Shown: piece by piece, positions 52,470-64,000 of the stretch
Layout of the letters: each line of letters opens with the position of its first letter
Numbering within the stretch: position 1 is the first letter of the stretch
Origin: Negaprion brevirostris
Lineage: Eukaryota
Direction: 5' to 3'
DNA: 64,000 nucleotides
Assembly: GCA_030324005.1 (NCBI GenBank)
Contig: JARDVH010000169.1
Coordinates: 13,092,177 to 13,156,176 of the forward strand
Notes under the pieces: generated by a model
What the model saw: the letters and a program-made list of their open reading frames with translations, nothing else
The model's database searches: none
Told to the model about the DNA's origin: nothing
Translations under genes and position numbers: made by a program

Positions 52470-52750
52470 CCAATTCCTAGACATACTCTCTTCCACCTTC
52501 TTCCGTCAGGAAAAAGATACAGAAGTCTGAGGTCAAGTACCAACCGACACAAGCACACCTTCTTCCCTACTGCCACCAAATGTTTGATTGGGCCTACCTT
52601 GCATTAANNNNNNNNNNNNNNNNNNNNNNNNNNNNNNNCATTCTGCACCCTCTCCTTTCCTTCTCTATGAATGGTTACTAGTCTGTATAGCACAAGAAAC
52701 AATGCTTTTCACTGTATACTAATACATGTGACAATAATAAATAAAATAAA
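52470..52750 (+). mobile_element. Rex1/Babar-like LINE 3' end
   Basis: HTLFHLLPSGKRYRSLRSSTNRHKHTFFP. Confidence 0.85.
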
Positions 52751-53829
52751 ATCCCAGGAAAAATGTTATGATTTCAGCTGACACAAACTAGTTTTATTTT
52801 ATAAGGCAATCTAGTCCACCTAACATACTTAAATTAATACAAATCTTGCTCACCCATCACATCCAAAACATTATATTTGAAAAACAGCAACAACAAATTT
52901 AATTAAAATAGCTATGAAGACAGGTCAATATTTTCAGAAAAAAGTACCTGTCAGAAGCAATAAACAAAATCCAAGGAGCATTTGAAAACTCTTGATAAAG
53001 ATAGTGCTCAAAATAAGTTTCAACATAATAAAGACATAAAATAGACAGCAGCATTATTAAACTTACTTAAATTATTTTAATATTTCTCTGAGTAGCCTAA
53101 AGCTACAGTCCATTAAACTTCTCACTGATACAATTTTTAGCTGAATATCGTCAACAAGTTAGCAAATCACAACTTTCAGCGAGGCTTTATGCTTACAATG
53201 CCAAGGATATTTAGACAATTGACAGCAAGGTAGATCATTTACATTCATTATTACGGGATTTTCTGCTTCTAAAGTTATCACATTTCCTCTGTTCCATTTG
53301 TACACTAAGAAAATGTTGGGGTAAAATCAATAGGTAAGCCATTATTAGAAGCAATCAAAATAATTGGAAATTTACAGATCGAAGCAAAGTTCAGTGACCA
53401 CAGCCTGTTAACATTGACATGAATGGTAGCAACTGCCTTCTGCTGACTTCCACAGCTGCTAAACAGTGCATTGGGGAGGTACTCTATTTGATACCTGCAC
53501 CATTTTAGATGTATTACAATCACTCGAGATACATAGGAACATAGGACTGAGATGCAAGAGTGGTCTGGGGAGAAGCTCAGAAGGAATAAGTCCCGACAAC
53601 CCAATCCCAGAAATCATTTGAGGGGAACTATCCTAAATCTATAAAAGGATGCTGAGAGATCTGGGTACGTGGGCAACATTGGAAAGGGTCCACAGGTCTA
53701 GCCATCAGTTTGATTGTTTGTTGTCACATTGTTGCATCTGTGTTGTGGAAAAAGGCCAGACGAAATTCCGCTTCTGTCTCCATTCAGATATTTAGAACAC
53801 TAATGCAGGTAAAACCCAATTCCATCGAG

Positions 53830-54065
53830 AAGGTCGAGGGCAGCAGATACCTGAGAACACCACCACTTGCAAGTTCCCTCCCAAGGAAATATATTGCCAT
53901 TCCTTCACAGTCAAAATCCTGGAAGTCCCTCCCTAACAGCATTGTGGGTCAACCCACAGCATGAGAACTGCAGCAATTAAGAAGACAGCTCACCACCACC
54001 TTCTCAAGGGCAACTAAGTATGGGAAATAAATGCTGGTCAGTCAGTGATGCCCATGTCTCACAAA
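53830..54065 (+). mobile_element. 3' end of CR1-superfamily LINE (same family as 4.2k)
   Basis: 'gtcaaaatcctggaagtccctccctaacagc...ctcaccaccaccttctcaagggcaact...aataaatgctgg'. Confidence 0.8.
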
Positions 54066-54467
54066 TATAAGAGTTTATTCCCATCTACTTTCAAGAAAAC
54101 CGTAAGTGTACCCCAGTTTGAAGCAGGATTTATTTTTCCTATATATTTTCTTGCGCTGCGATAGCAACGAGATGGCCAGTGATTGATACAACTCCAGTGA
54201 AGGTAGACAATACAACTCCTTTAAAAATAACTGACTGCAACACAGTGACAGGTCCTCATGAGTGTTATCATTCATCTGAGAGGCATGAGTGAAGTTGTAG
54301 AATTAGAAGTTACTGGAAATAAAGAAATAGATCCCCTCACAATACAAAATGCTGTCGTTAATGTTCCTAGGGTGTCATACAACGATAGAATGTGGTTTCT
54401 ATGTTGGGAAATCTGAAAGATAAATGAGATGATTCTCCCAGCCCCTTGTGCTGCTTTTGTAGCATAG

Positions 54468-54900
54468 CAGGCCCGGAAATTTCACGGGCATCAGGCAATG
54501 CCAAGGGGACAGTGGGGGGTCCCGCTGCCACTTTGCAATTGGGTTGAGTGACAGAGGGAGGGAGGCTAGCCATCAGGGTGGGGCAGCCTGCTGGAGGGGT
54601 CAGGGCTGTGGGGCAAGTGGGGCAGACATCGAGGCAGGCTGGGAGCAGAGATCAAAGCTGGCTCAGACATGTTTGGGGGGCAGGGGGTGCAGCAATTGGG
54701 CCGTGGCAAGATCAGAGGGCCAGCAATGTGGGCTGGCCAGCAATTGAGAGGCCGCCAGTGCGGGACCACTGCGCATGCGCCGATCGGCAGATGTGCAATG
54801 ACCCACTCAGTGCTATACTGCAGGAGTGCAGTGTGGGAGATTCATTTTGAAACTCCTGCTGAAAAATCCAGTGGGATTTATTCCAGTTTTAACACGAGTT
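54468..54900. mobile_element. GC-rich non-autonomous DNA transposon remnant
   Basis: Abrupt GC-rich block starting 'ggcccggaaatttc' and containing 'actgcgcatgcgc'; right end unclear. Confidence 0.45.
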
Positions 54901-55239
54901 CAACACTTGGTATTTTTTTTGGAGCATGGCCCCCAAAGAGTTTTGTTTCATCGAGTAGATCCAACTGCATCAAACTCAGCTTCTAAAAAGGTAGAAAGAT
55001 TGGCCTCTGTACTGTTGCTGCTTTTCCCCCTTTATTTGTACCCCATATGGAAAAACCTTCTCTGGAAGCCGAACTGAAACCTGCCTGACCCAGGTGGCAA
55101 ATATCAACGTAACCTCCAGTTGCACATGACCACTCCTGTTGAAACAGGTTTATCAAGGATTTTTGACTAGGCAAGGAAAATTGAAGTTGTGGAAAAATGC
55201 ACGAGTCAGGACTTAATGGAACAAATTTACAAACAAAGA

Positions 55240-55370
55240 AACATAATGAATTTGGGACAGAAGTAGGCCATTCGGCGCCTCAAGTCTGCTCATGCACCAT
55301 TTGATAAGATCATGGCTGACCTGTCTGTGGCCTGAACTCTACTTTCCCAAATACCCCCTATACCCTCCCT
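55240..55370 (-). mobile_element. CR1 3' tail
   Basis: 'agaagtaggccattcgg...ataagatcatggctga'. Confidence 0.75.
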
Positions 55371-55924
55371 GCATTTTTCATGCCTGCGCATAACAGAAAC
55401 AAGAGTATCACGCTGTGTAATAGTTCTAGATGTTAATTCACTTATGAATGTAGTAACTTCAGATAGACCAACAGACTCTTGTAGGTAAAATTATTATTCT
55501 GCTCTGAACAATGACCATTTTGACTGCCACTGTATTGCTTGACACTGAGCTAGTTCATACTTGTTCACATTCATGAAGAACGTAAATTCACACAAATCAG
55601 CAAAAAAATGACAAGGAATGGCAGCTTTTGTTTGATGACTCTACCAGCAGCTGGGTGAGACAAAGTGCCCAAAATCCAGTGTGCGTGTGTTACATCCAGG
55701 CATTTCTTCCTGCATCCTAATGAATTATAATGCCAGAATTATACTGCTGGGGAATGTGATAGCTAAACAATTACAACAAATTCCAAGGTTGTGAAGTGAT
55801 CTGATGGCATCATAAATTATTAGTACGAATTTCATCAAAACCAATAAACTGTAGTATAGCCACAAGAGTACTTAATGCACAACTGCCCCATCTCACTCAG
55901 AGAGAGAGATTTACGTGATGATGA

Positions 55925-56175
55925 AATGCTTTGGACAGCGATGTGTACAATGTACAAGGTGCACTCCTTCAACAGCAGGTTCCAAACCTGCAAACCACGT
56001 GGAAGGACAAGGGCAGCAGATACATGGAACAGCATCACCTGCAAGTTTCCCTTCAAATCACACGACGTCTGGAGGTAAAAATCCTGAAACATTTTCCTAA
56101 AAGCACCATGGGTGGACCACGAAATGTCGACTGCAGGTGTTCATGAAGGCTACCCACAATCACCTTTTCAAAGGA
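55925..56175 (+). mobile_element. CR1-superfamily LINE 3' fragment (4.2k family)
   Basis: 'ggacaagggcagcagatacatggaac...cacctgcaagtttccc'. Confidence 0.7.
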
Positions 56176-56359
56176 TGGTTTGACAACTCCATGAGGTCCA
56201 TCAGTAATCACTGATTGATCTCCCTGTGGGCCTGTTGAGTATGAATTCCCTGGTAACAGGCAGTGGCCTGCCCAGTTCATTACCTTAGCCTTTTACAAGG
56301 CAGGCCCAGGCCTGGGCCTACTGAACTGTAGTCACAGGCAGGGACAAGTGTGTGCACAC

Positions 56360-56516
56360 TACACTCTTTCTCTGTACCCGAGCTATGACTGTAACACTAC
56401 ATTCTGCACTCTCTCGTTTGCTGCTCTATGAATGGTATGCTTTGTCTGTATAGCGTGCAAGAAATCATACTTTTCACTGTATGCTAACACATGACAATAA
56501 TAAATCAAATCAAATC
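56360..56516 (+). mobile_element. Rex1/Babar-like tail
   Basis: 'gtaacactacattctgcactct...(aaatc)n'. Confidence 0.75.
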
Positions 56517-56644
56517 ACGCCATGGTAGTGGTTTAACTTTGCGTTCTGTGATATCTTTGCTCCTTTCCAGTCAGACTTCCTGAGCCATTACATATGGACA
56601 ATAAATGATGGCCTTGTCAGCAAAGCCCACGTACTGTCAAAGAG

Positions 56645-57115
56645 AAAAGCTCTCCTTGCAAATATCTGGAGGCCAAAATTGGGAGAGCTGGCCCACATAC
56701 TAGTCAAGCAGCAACATGACATGGGCATACTCACCGAATCAGATCTTAAAGAAAATGTCCCAGATACTAACATCACCATCTCTGGTTATGGTCTGTCCCT
56801 CAAAAAGGACAAACCCACTAACGATGGTATTAAATCAAGAGGCAATTGCCCTGGGAGTGTTCAACATTGGCTCTGAACTCCACAATGTCTCATGGCATCA
56901 GGTCAAACACAGGCAAGAAGACTTCCTGTTGATTACCATTTACTGACACATATCCTCAGCTGATAAATCAGTTCTCTTTAATGTTGAAAGCCATTTGGAG
57001 GAAGCGCTAAGTGTGGAAAGGAAATAGAACGTACTCTGGATGGGAGATCTCAATGTCCCACTACCGAGCAAGCTGACACAGCCCTAAAGGACATTGCTGC
57101 GAGACTGGTTTCAGA
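56645..57115 (+). mobile_element. LINE apurinic-like endonuclease fragment
   Basis: KLGELAHILVKQQHDMGILTESDL...ITISGY...EALSV...VLWMGDLNV. Confidence 0.8.
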
Positions 57116-57325
57116 CATAGTGTCCAGTCCATTGTAGTTGCTTGATTGCTTGTGGAGGTAGCTTCAAGAAAGACACTAACATAGAATCCCTACAGTGCAG
57201 AAGGAAGCCCTTCAGCCCATCAAGTNNNNNNNNNNNNNNNNNNNNNNNNNNNNNNNNNNNNNNNNNNNNNNNNNNNNNNNNNNNNNNNNNNNNNNNNNNN
57301 NNNNNNNNNNNNNNNNNNNNNNNNN

Positions 57326-57665
57326 AACATAGAATCCCTACAGTGCAGAAGGAAGCCATTCAGCCCATCAAGTGTGAACCGACTCTCCGGCAGAGCATCT
57401 TATCCAGGCCCGCCCCCAGCACTATTCCCGTAAGCCCACGCATTTACTCTGCTAATCCTTCTAACCTACACACCTTGGGACACTAAGAGGCAATTTAGCA
57501 TACCAATCTATCTAATGTGCGCATCTGTGGGCCAAAACTGTAGCATCCTGAGGAAATCCATGCCGACACGGGGAGAACCAGCAAACTTCACACAGTCACC
57601 CCAGGCTGGAATCGAGCCTGCAACCCTGGCATTATGAGGCAGCAGTACTAACCACTGTGCCGTCT
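57326..57665 (-). mobile_element. HE1-type SINE
   Basis: Reverse A/B boxes and tail; the tail is duplicated at 57178-57225 across an N gap. Confidence 0.88.
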
Positions 57666-58030
57666 TGCTGAGAATGTGGCAGAAGAATTGTTGATGGAAT
57701 TTCTCTAACATTCTTACGTGTCACTAATGTACAGTCCAGTTCTCACTGCAGTACAGAATGTGGTGGCAATAACTTCTCTGTATACTAGGGTGTTTGCGGA
57801 GATCTCTTGTCAAATACTCACTGCCACAATTTGTAGAAGGCTGATCTGGCGCAGCTGGTTGGGTATTGGATCTCCTTGTCAGTCGGAACATGGAAGTAAA
57901 CTACTTCAAGCCGGGATATCAACTCTGTGCTGAAACAACAGCATAGTACCTGTCCATGGTACTGAAATGGCAATGAAATATTTCTAGTCTGAGCGTGCAA
58001 GGAATCACTTCCCTGGCCTTAGCAACCTTG
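57665..58030 (-). mobile_element. RTE-clade LINE fragment
   Basis: DKEIQY..CARSAFYKL..VFD and LEKFHQ..CHIL match RTE post-RT motifs. Confidence 0.65.
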
Positions 58031-58384
58031 CAACTTCAAGTAGTTGTGGGTGGCCCATGGTGTTGTGCTTGGGTATTCTGGAATCTAAAGCACAGTCTAT
58101 CAGCTTAAGGCTACTACTCAAATACTACCTGCAGGAACGTAAGAACTTGTGTTTGCTTTTATATGCCACAGGTCAATTACAGGGCAGTAAATTACATGCT
58201 AATTTCGAGCTCCAGAGTAAGCTATATGGTCATGGTTCTCTCATGTCATTTTGCATCAGTAATAAAGTGCAACGTCTGAAAGGCTACAAATGTGGTCTTG
58301 AAGCAAGGTATTTTATGAGTTCCTCTTAAAAATAGAAATTATTAATCAGATTCATGGCTGAAATACAAGCTTACAATAAAGATC

Positions 58385-58800
58385 TTTAAGATAATGAAAG
58401 GGTTTGACAGAGTAGCAGCAGAAAATGCTGACACTTGTAGCCAATTCCAAAACTAGGCATTATCGAAACAGTCACTAATAAATCCAATAAGAAATTCAGA
58501 AGTGCATTTACAAAGAGTGGTTAGAATACACAATGTATGCCCAACAAGGAGTTGCTGAGACAAAGAACACAATTGTTTTTGTTCATTTGTTTATGGGAAG
58601 TGAATGTCAACGGCTCAATCGGCATTTAATGCCCATCCCTAAGCGTTCTTGAGAAGGGGAAATTCGATAAGTACATGAGACATAAGAGAATAGGAGACTA
58701 TGTTGTTAGGGTTAGATGAAGGAAGCGTTGAAGGAGGCTCAAGAGGAGCATAAATGTTGATATAGACCAGTAAGACTCACTTGTCTGGTTCTATGCTATA
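58385..58800 (+). mobile_element. Old CR1 3' end with a nested antisense fragment
   Basis: 'aagataatgaaagggtttgacagagtag', 'aaactaggc', 'ggagcataaat'. Confidence 0.6.
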
Positions 58801-58984
58801 TAGACTCAATGCAACTTGCCTGCAAAACTAAAATTACTATGGAAACAACAATCTTTAAGTGCAGCAGATGTACTACTCATTTGAGACATAAATATCACAG
58901 CATAATGGAAGCCTTTTGTGCCATTTTGTTTCAGGTTAGGTATGTTTGCCAACCAGTTTGTTGCTACAAAAGNNNNNNNNNNAC

Positions 58985-59495
58985 TCACCCACTAACTCCC
59001 CAAAGTGTTTCTACCATACACAAAGCACAAGTCAGGAGTCTGATAGAATACTTTCAACCTAGATGAATGCAGCTCCAACGGCACAAGAAGTTTGAGTACT
59101 ATCCAAGACAAAGCAGCTTACATAATTAGCATCCTAACCACTGCATTGAATATTCACTTTCTCCAACTTAAGCGCACAGCACATTACTATCTCTATGATC
59201 TCAAATAGTACCTCTCAAACCTGGTGACCTCTACCACCCGGGAGGGATAAGTGCAGTAAACACAAGAGAACTTCCAAGTGATGATGTTCTCCTCCAAGTC
59301 ACACAACATCCTGACTTGGAATTATGTCTCTTTCATGTCTGTCACTGGGTCAAAATCCTGGAACTTGCTACTTAATAGCATTGTGTAAGTAACTTAGCCA
59401 TATAAGCTGAAGCAGTTCAAGATGATTCAATACCACCTGCTACTAGAAAACAAAAATGCCATTTTGCCAGCAATAATCACATCTCAAACAATTTT
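58985..59495 (+). mobile_element. CR1-superfamily LINE 3' part (4.2k family)
   Basis: LTPQSVSTIHKAQVRSLIEY; 'gggtcaaaatcctggaact'. Confidence 0.75.
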
Positions 59496-59739
59496 TTAAA
59501 ACATGTCACCAACTAATAGGGAACTCTTCAATCAGAGTTTATTTAGATCCTTTTGGCTTAAGCTGTTTTCTATAGATTTGAGTATCACATGCAATAAGAT
59601 ATCAGCGAGAGGTGTTTTCTGGAGGCTCATACTGGAGAGAGTGAGATGTAGCATGACGTCCATCCTGACAATTCAGATGGTCCTAGTCTTGCGACTTAGT
59701 GCTCATGAAACTCACAATTAGAGCAGTGATTTGGATTCA

Positions 59740-60120
59740 TAAAACCTTTAAGAGGGCAAAAGGTAGTAAGGCACATAATGTAACAAAATCTGACACCAAG
59801 CCACATAAGAAAATATTAGAATAGCTAATCAAAGAGGTAGGTTTTAAAGAGGGTCTTAAAAGGGGGATGGAGAAGTGGAGGAGCAAGGAGGTTTTGGGGA
59901 GAAAATCCAGACCTTAAGGCATAGTCAGCTGAAGGCATTGTCAATAATATTGCAGGGTGAAAATCAGGGATGTGCAAGAGGCTAAAACTTGAAGAACAGA
60001 GACATCCAACAGCTGTAGGGTGGTTACAGAGATAGAGGAAGGCAAGGGCACGGAAGAAGTTGTAACAAGGATATTATTTTTTTTAAGTTGAAGCATTTTT
60101 GGACAGGAGCCAATGTAAGA
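59740..60120 (-). mobile_element. L2 LINE 3' end
   Basis: 'gacaccaagccaca...aaagaggtaggttttaaagagggtcttaaa...aatccagacct'. Confidence 0.7.
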
Positions 60121-60388
60121 CAGAAAACACTGTAAACTTATTACCGAGAACTCACTGAACCATGGAGGGCACCTTTAACCACAGACCATTTTAAGTACAT
60201 TGGAAGGAATTGAGTCCAACAGAAGCCAGAAAGAACAACAATTTAAGAAGTATTGTTAGTGTTTGGAAATAGGCCAATGACTGTATTTAATTTGGAATAA
60301 AGAAAATGCCATAATGTGTAATGAAAACAAAACTGATAATGACATTATTTACTGTTCACACAGATTGAAACAAAATGTCATAACAAAC

Positions 60389-60784
60389 CCTCAGAATCCA
60401 TCCTTGTAATTAGAATAGCAGTACTGTTCATCACATGGGTAATGATGCACTCCCGAATTTCATCCCTGACCACAGCATCATTGAATGATACAGTAGAGAG
60501 GAGGCCGTGGTAGCTTATGAACGGCTTTGAGCATTTGAGTATACTAAGGTCATCCTTTGATGAGTCATTGCTGGTGGTGATGTCGGATATTAATGAGCAG
60601 GAAACTCCTCCACTCTCCCTCCCAGTGACTGAGCTGCAAAATCTGTCAACTGAAGTTTGAAGAGCCAGGGAGTGAAGGTTAGACCGTTCCTGCAATGTGT
60701 CAGGAGGGAGCAATGGGAGGTCTATGAATGAGTCCCTCTCCTCATTCCATTGACTGATTTGGATCAAGGAAACGATGGGTTTAA
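60389..60784 (-). CDS. Putative 396-nt internal coding exon (phase 1-1), host gene unidentified
   Basis: 'ctaattttag|TT AAA CCC...TCT GAG G|gtttgt'; 132 codons open in the splice-defined frame, KPIVSLIQISQWNEERDSF...EIRECIITHVMNSTAILITRMDSE; GC above background. Confidence 0.5.
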
Positions 60785-61594
60785 CTAAAATTAGAATTAT
60801 TGTCCTGACAAATATCTAACTTCCAGACCTGAGACAATGTAATGAGTGTGATTGTACTATTAACTCAAATTCAGCCCAGGCAGATGTCACTGTTTTTTGT
60901 TTTTGGTACTGAATGAGCCAAATTGGCACAAATCCAGAAAGCTCTAAGTGAGAACATGAAGATAAAAAGTGCAGAATAATATCAGATTAGTGCAGTAGGG
61001 AGCATACTTTGGAAGCTGGGATTCAGACAGATTGTCTTGATCATGGGGACAGAGCTAATAGCATTGAATCCAAGTCATCTTACTCCTGATTCAGTATCGC
61101 TCAACCTGAGTTAACGCAAAGCACAAATAAAGTCCAATTGGCTGGCATTTTGTCATTATCTAGCTTAATGTGCACAATGGCACACACACTTAGACATAAT
61201 AAATTACATTAAAATGCATCCAAGAATACTGTGTGCTGTAACAATCATTACTTTCCAAATTCAGAATAAATGCGAAACAAGACCTACTCAAAATCCCTTC
61301 ACCATAAAGCACCGCAATGACTTCCATATGTTCCAACTTGCCACTGAACACTCGCTACCTTATTGCTTTACCAGAGATATACCACAGGTCACACGTGTCA
61401 ACAAGAGTATTAGACGGAAAAGAGGGAGGCAAATGTGGTATCAGGAAAGGCAGATTTGGGTTTATACAACACTTTTACAAACTCAGGACACCCCAACTAA
61501 ATTCTTTTGAAGTATTTCCATATAGAAACCAGTCAATTTGTATACAGTCAAGTCCAACAAAACAGCAATGAGATTACATTTTTTTTTGCTTAAC

Positions 61595-61790
61595 CATGTT
61601 CAATGAGGGCGAAATATTGAGCAGGACACCAAGAAAACCTCTCATTTTCTTCTTTCAGATATTGTCACGAAAGTTTTCATGTCTACCTCAAAGATAAGAA
61701 GCAGGGCTTCAGTTCAACATCACATCCAAAAGACTCACTATGTCACATTCAAAAGGCAGCCTAAGTTTAGTGTTCAAATCTTTGGTGACA
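61595..61790 (-). mobile_element. Deu-domain SINE remnant
   Basis: 'gagggcgaaatattgagcaggacacc...gttcaacatcacatccaaaagac'. Confidence 0.6.
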
Positions 61791-61981
61791 ATAATAAATA
61801 AAAAGTTATTTATCAATTCAAAAACAACTTTTTCTTTAAAAAGACTGTATAAAGTTTGCATGACTGTTGGGTGTTATTAATAGATGCTGAACTAATTGAT
61901 AAGAATTTTCTTTGTTATATCATCATAGCCTATTAACCTGTTAAAAAAAAAATAGGACCAGTCCCTTCATTAAAGCAATTA

Positions 61982-62220
61982 ACATAAGAACATAAGAAAT
62001 AGGAGCAGGAGTAGGCCATCTAGTNNNNNNNNNNNNNNNNNNNNNNNNNNNNNNNNNNNNNNNNNNNNNNNNNNNNNNNNNNNNNNNNNNNNNNNNNNNN
62101 NNNNNNNNNNNNNNNNNNNNNNNNCAGGTCCTCGCCCACTTGCTCAGCCTATCCAGATCTCTCTGCAGACTTTCCACACCCTCCACGCAATTTGCTTTTC
62201 CGCTCACCTTCGTGTCATTG
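61982..62220 (-). mobile_element. CR1 3' part, collapsed by an N gap
   Basis: GKANCVEGVESLQRDLDRLSKWART; (cataagaa)n tail. Confidence 0.9.
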
Positions 62221-62344
62221 ACAGGTAAAAATCACACAAGGTACAAAATGCTTTCCCACTAATATCAACAACAATCCTTTCTAACTAACTGCAAAGTGGC
62301 AAATGTCTATTGATGCCACTCTTAGTCAGTATGTTGAGGAAATT

Positions 62345-62490
62345 AAAGTTAAAGTTTATTTATTAGAGTCATAAGTAGGCTTACATTAACACTGCAGTGA
62401 ATTAACTGTGAAAATCCCCGAGTCGCCACACTCCAGCTCCTGTTCAGGTACACCAAAGGAGAATTTAGCATGATCAATGCACCCTAGCCC
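62345..62490 (-). mobile_element. HE1-related SINE 3' half (alternative tail)
   Basis: 'aagtttatttattag...aagtaggcttacattaacactgca...gaatttagcatg'. Confidence 0.8.
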
Positions 62491-63077
62491 GATTGTTTCA
62501 AACTGCTTATTAAATATCAAATCATGCTGGGGTGTTATGATCCTGGTTTACATGCATCTTAAGTAAAAATACTAGAAAGAAAACCTTTAACCCAGAGTCA
62601 GGGTTTAAGTTACTGTACATAACCACCACAACATCATTCTTTCTGTACAATATATCAGATATTGACTTGTTTACAGACATGCATTAGATCTGAATTTTTA
62701 TTCTATAACTAAATACAGTGCAGTGGGCTTCACGTTCTGACATCAAAGTCAAACAATGCATAACACTACAATCTACGCAGATAAATTATCAGTCATTCCT
62801 TGAACTGAGTAGGTTCCTCTGACAATCCCTCTTAAATCTGTCCAATTCCCCAACTTTAAGAGCATCCTTACAATCTAACTTCTTAAGTGAGCATTTGGTC
62901 ATTGCTTCTAATCTTTCCTTTGATTCATCATTCCTTTCTCCTCTAAGCCTCTATGAAACACCTGCAGGTGTTCCCATGTACGCAAGCCACAATAAGTATG
63001 TTACTGATGGCTAAACTCTCATTACAACTTCTCATATTGAAGAAAGAGTCCAGTGGCAATCATCCAGTTGACTGGAT

Positions 63078-63205
63078 ATGCAGGTTAGGTGGAGTGATGG
63101 GGGATAGGACCAGGGAGTGGGCCTGAGTGCTCTTTTAGAGGGCCTCTACAGACTTGAAGGACCAAATGATCTCCCATCTGCATTGTAGGGCTTCCCTGGA
63201 TTCTA
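63078..63205 (+). mobile_element. HE1-type SINE 3' fragment
   Basis: 'atgcaggttaggtgga...ggaccaaatg...ctgcattgtaggg'. Confidence 0.6.
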
Positions 63206-64000
63206 TTTACAATGATAGCTAAATGATTTCAACTATTTTTTTCATTCCTGACCCCATCTGGGTTTGGGAACAAATCCTACAGGGTTTGGTATTCTTGAGA
63301 TATTCTAATATTGAACAGAATTTACAGCACAGTCACGTGTGTTTGCACAGATTCCCCTTAAATGCATTTGATTTTCACCGTAACATTCAGTAAAATTTTA
63401 CACTCATTGCAGTGTAAGCCTACTTATCACACTAATAAATAAACTTAAACTTTAAGCTATGGCATTCACTTCAACTACATTTTGGGATAGCGAGTTCCAC
63501 AATTCTCAACACAAAGATAAAGTATGAAATGTGGACCTTCCTCCATGTTCTATAATGTATAATCCAAAAAAATCACATTAAGACAAAGTACAAGCCCTGT
63601 ATATTNNNNNNNNNNNNNNNNNNNNNNNNNNNTAATATCTCCAAGAGATAGGGATGGCTGGTTTTCCAGAATGAGTCAGTGAATACTAATGCAAGAGTGA
63701 ATAACTAGTGATGAGTGAGGTTGCAGCAGCTGTGTTAGCATACAAACGAGAATCACTTCATGCATTATGAATGGTCACAACTGGGATTACTTTTTCCACA
63801 ATCTGTTCAGTTTTGTTGAGTGTCATACGTCGACTACGTTGTCTTAAATTTTTCATGGTACCAAATATATTTGCTACCCCATTTCAATGGTCCACATTTA
63901 TTGCAACGTCCTTTGAGCAAACATGACTGTATATTTATGCGAACACGCTAAGAAGAAAGAGCAATGTATCAGAATGTTCTATCGCCCGAGTATTTCACCT

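Noticed and set aside
54468-54850. GC-rich block with overlapping ORFs and an NRF1-like TGCGCATGCGC motif as a promoter or exon
   Set aside because: It is better explained by a GC-rich transposon remnant; the ORFs reflect low stop density and show no recognisable protein
57178-57375. 48-bp direct duplication of a SINE tail
   Set aside because: The copies flank a ~100-N gap, which is typical of an unmerged contig overlap

Overview
This is AT-rich, repeat-dense eukaryotic DNA with many short N gaps. The repeat families (HE1-type tRNA SINEs, CR1/HER1-like, L2, Rex1/Babar and RTE LINEs, Deu-domain SINEs, Penelope-like elements) point to a cartilaginous fish (elasmobranch) genome. No complete gene, RNA gene or CRISPR array is present, and nearly all listed ORFs are chance ORFs, repeat remnants or N-gap artefacts. 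The window reads as the intronic/3' part of a large minus-strand gene that I could not name. Candidate exons are a 396-nt open phase-1/1 exon (60389-60784), a short terminal exon (41975-42012), a 9-nt microexon with Rbfox motifs (37931-37939), an acceptor at 37530 and a hydrophobic-tail exon (13763-14095). Notable mobile-DNA structures are an internally deleted Gypsy element (gag joined to the integrase tail), a Penelope GIY-YIG remnant with inverted pLTRs carrying decayed hammerhead ribozyme cores, a MITE nested in a CR1, an 80-bp local templated insertion inside a SINE, and solo LTRs. Repeat boundaries are approximate and family calls come from recognised motifs, not database searches. I found no evidence strong enough to claim a new biological system.
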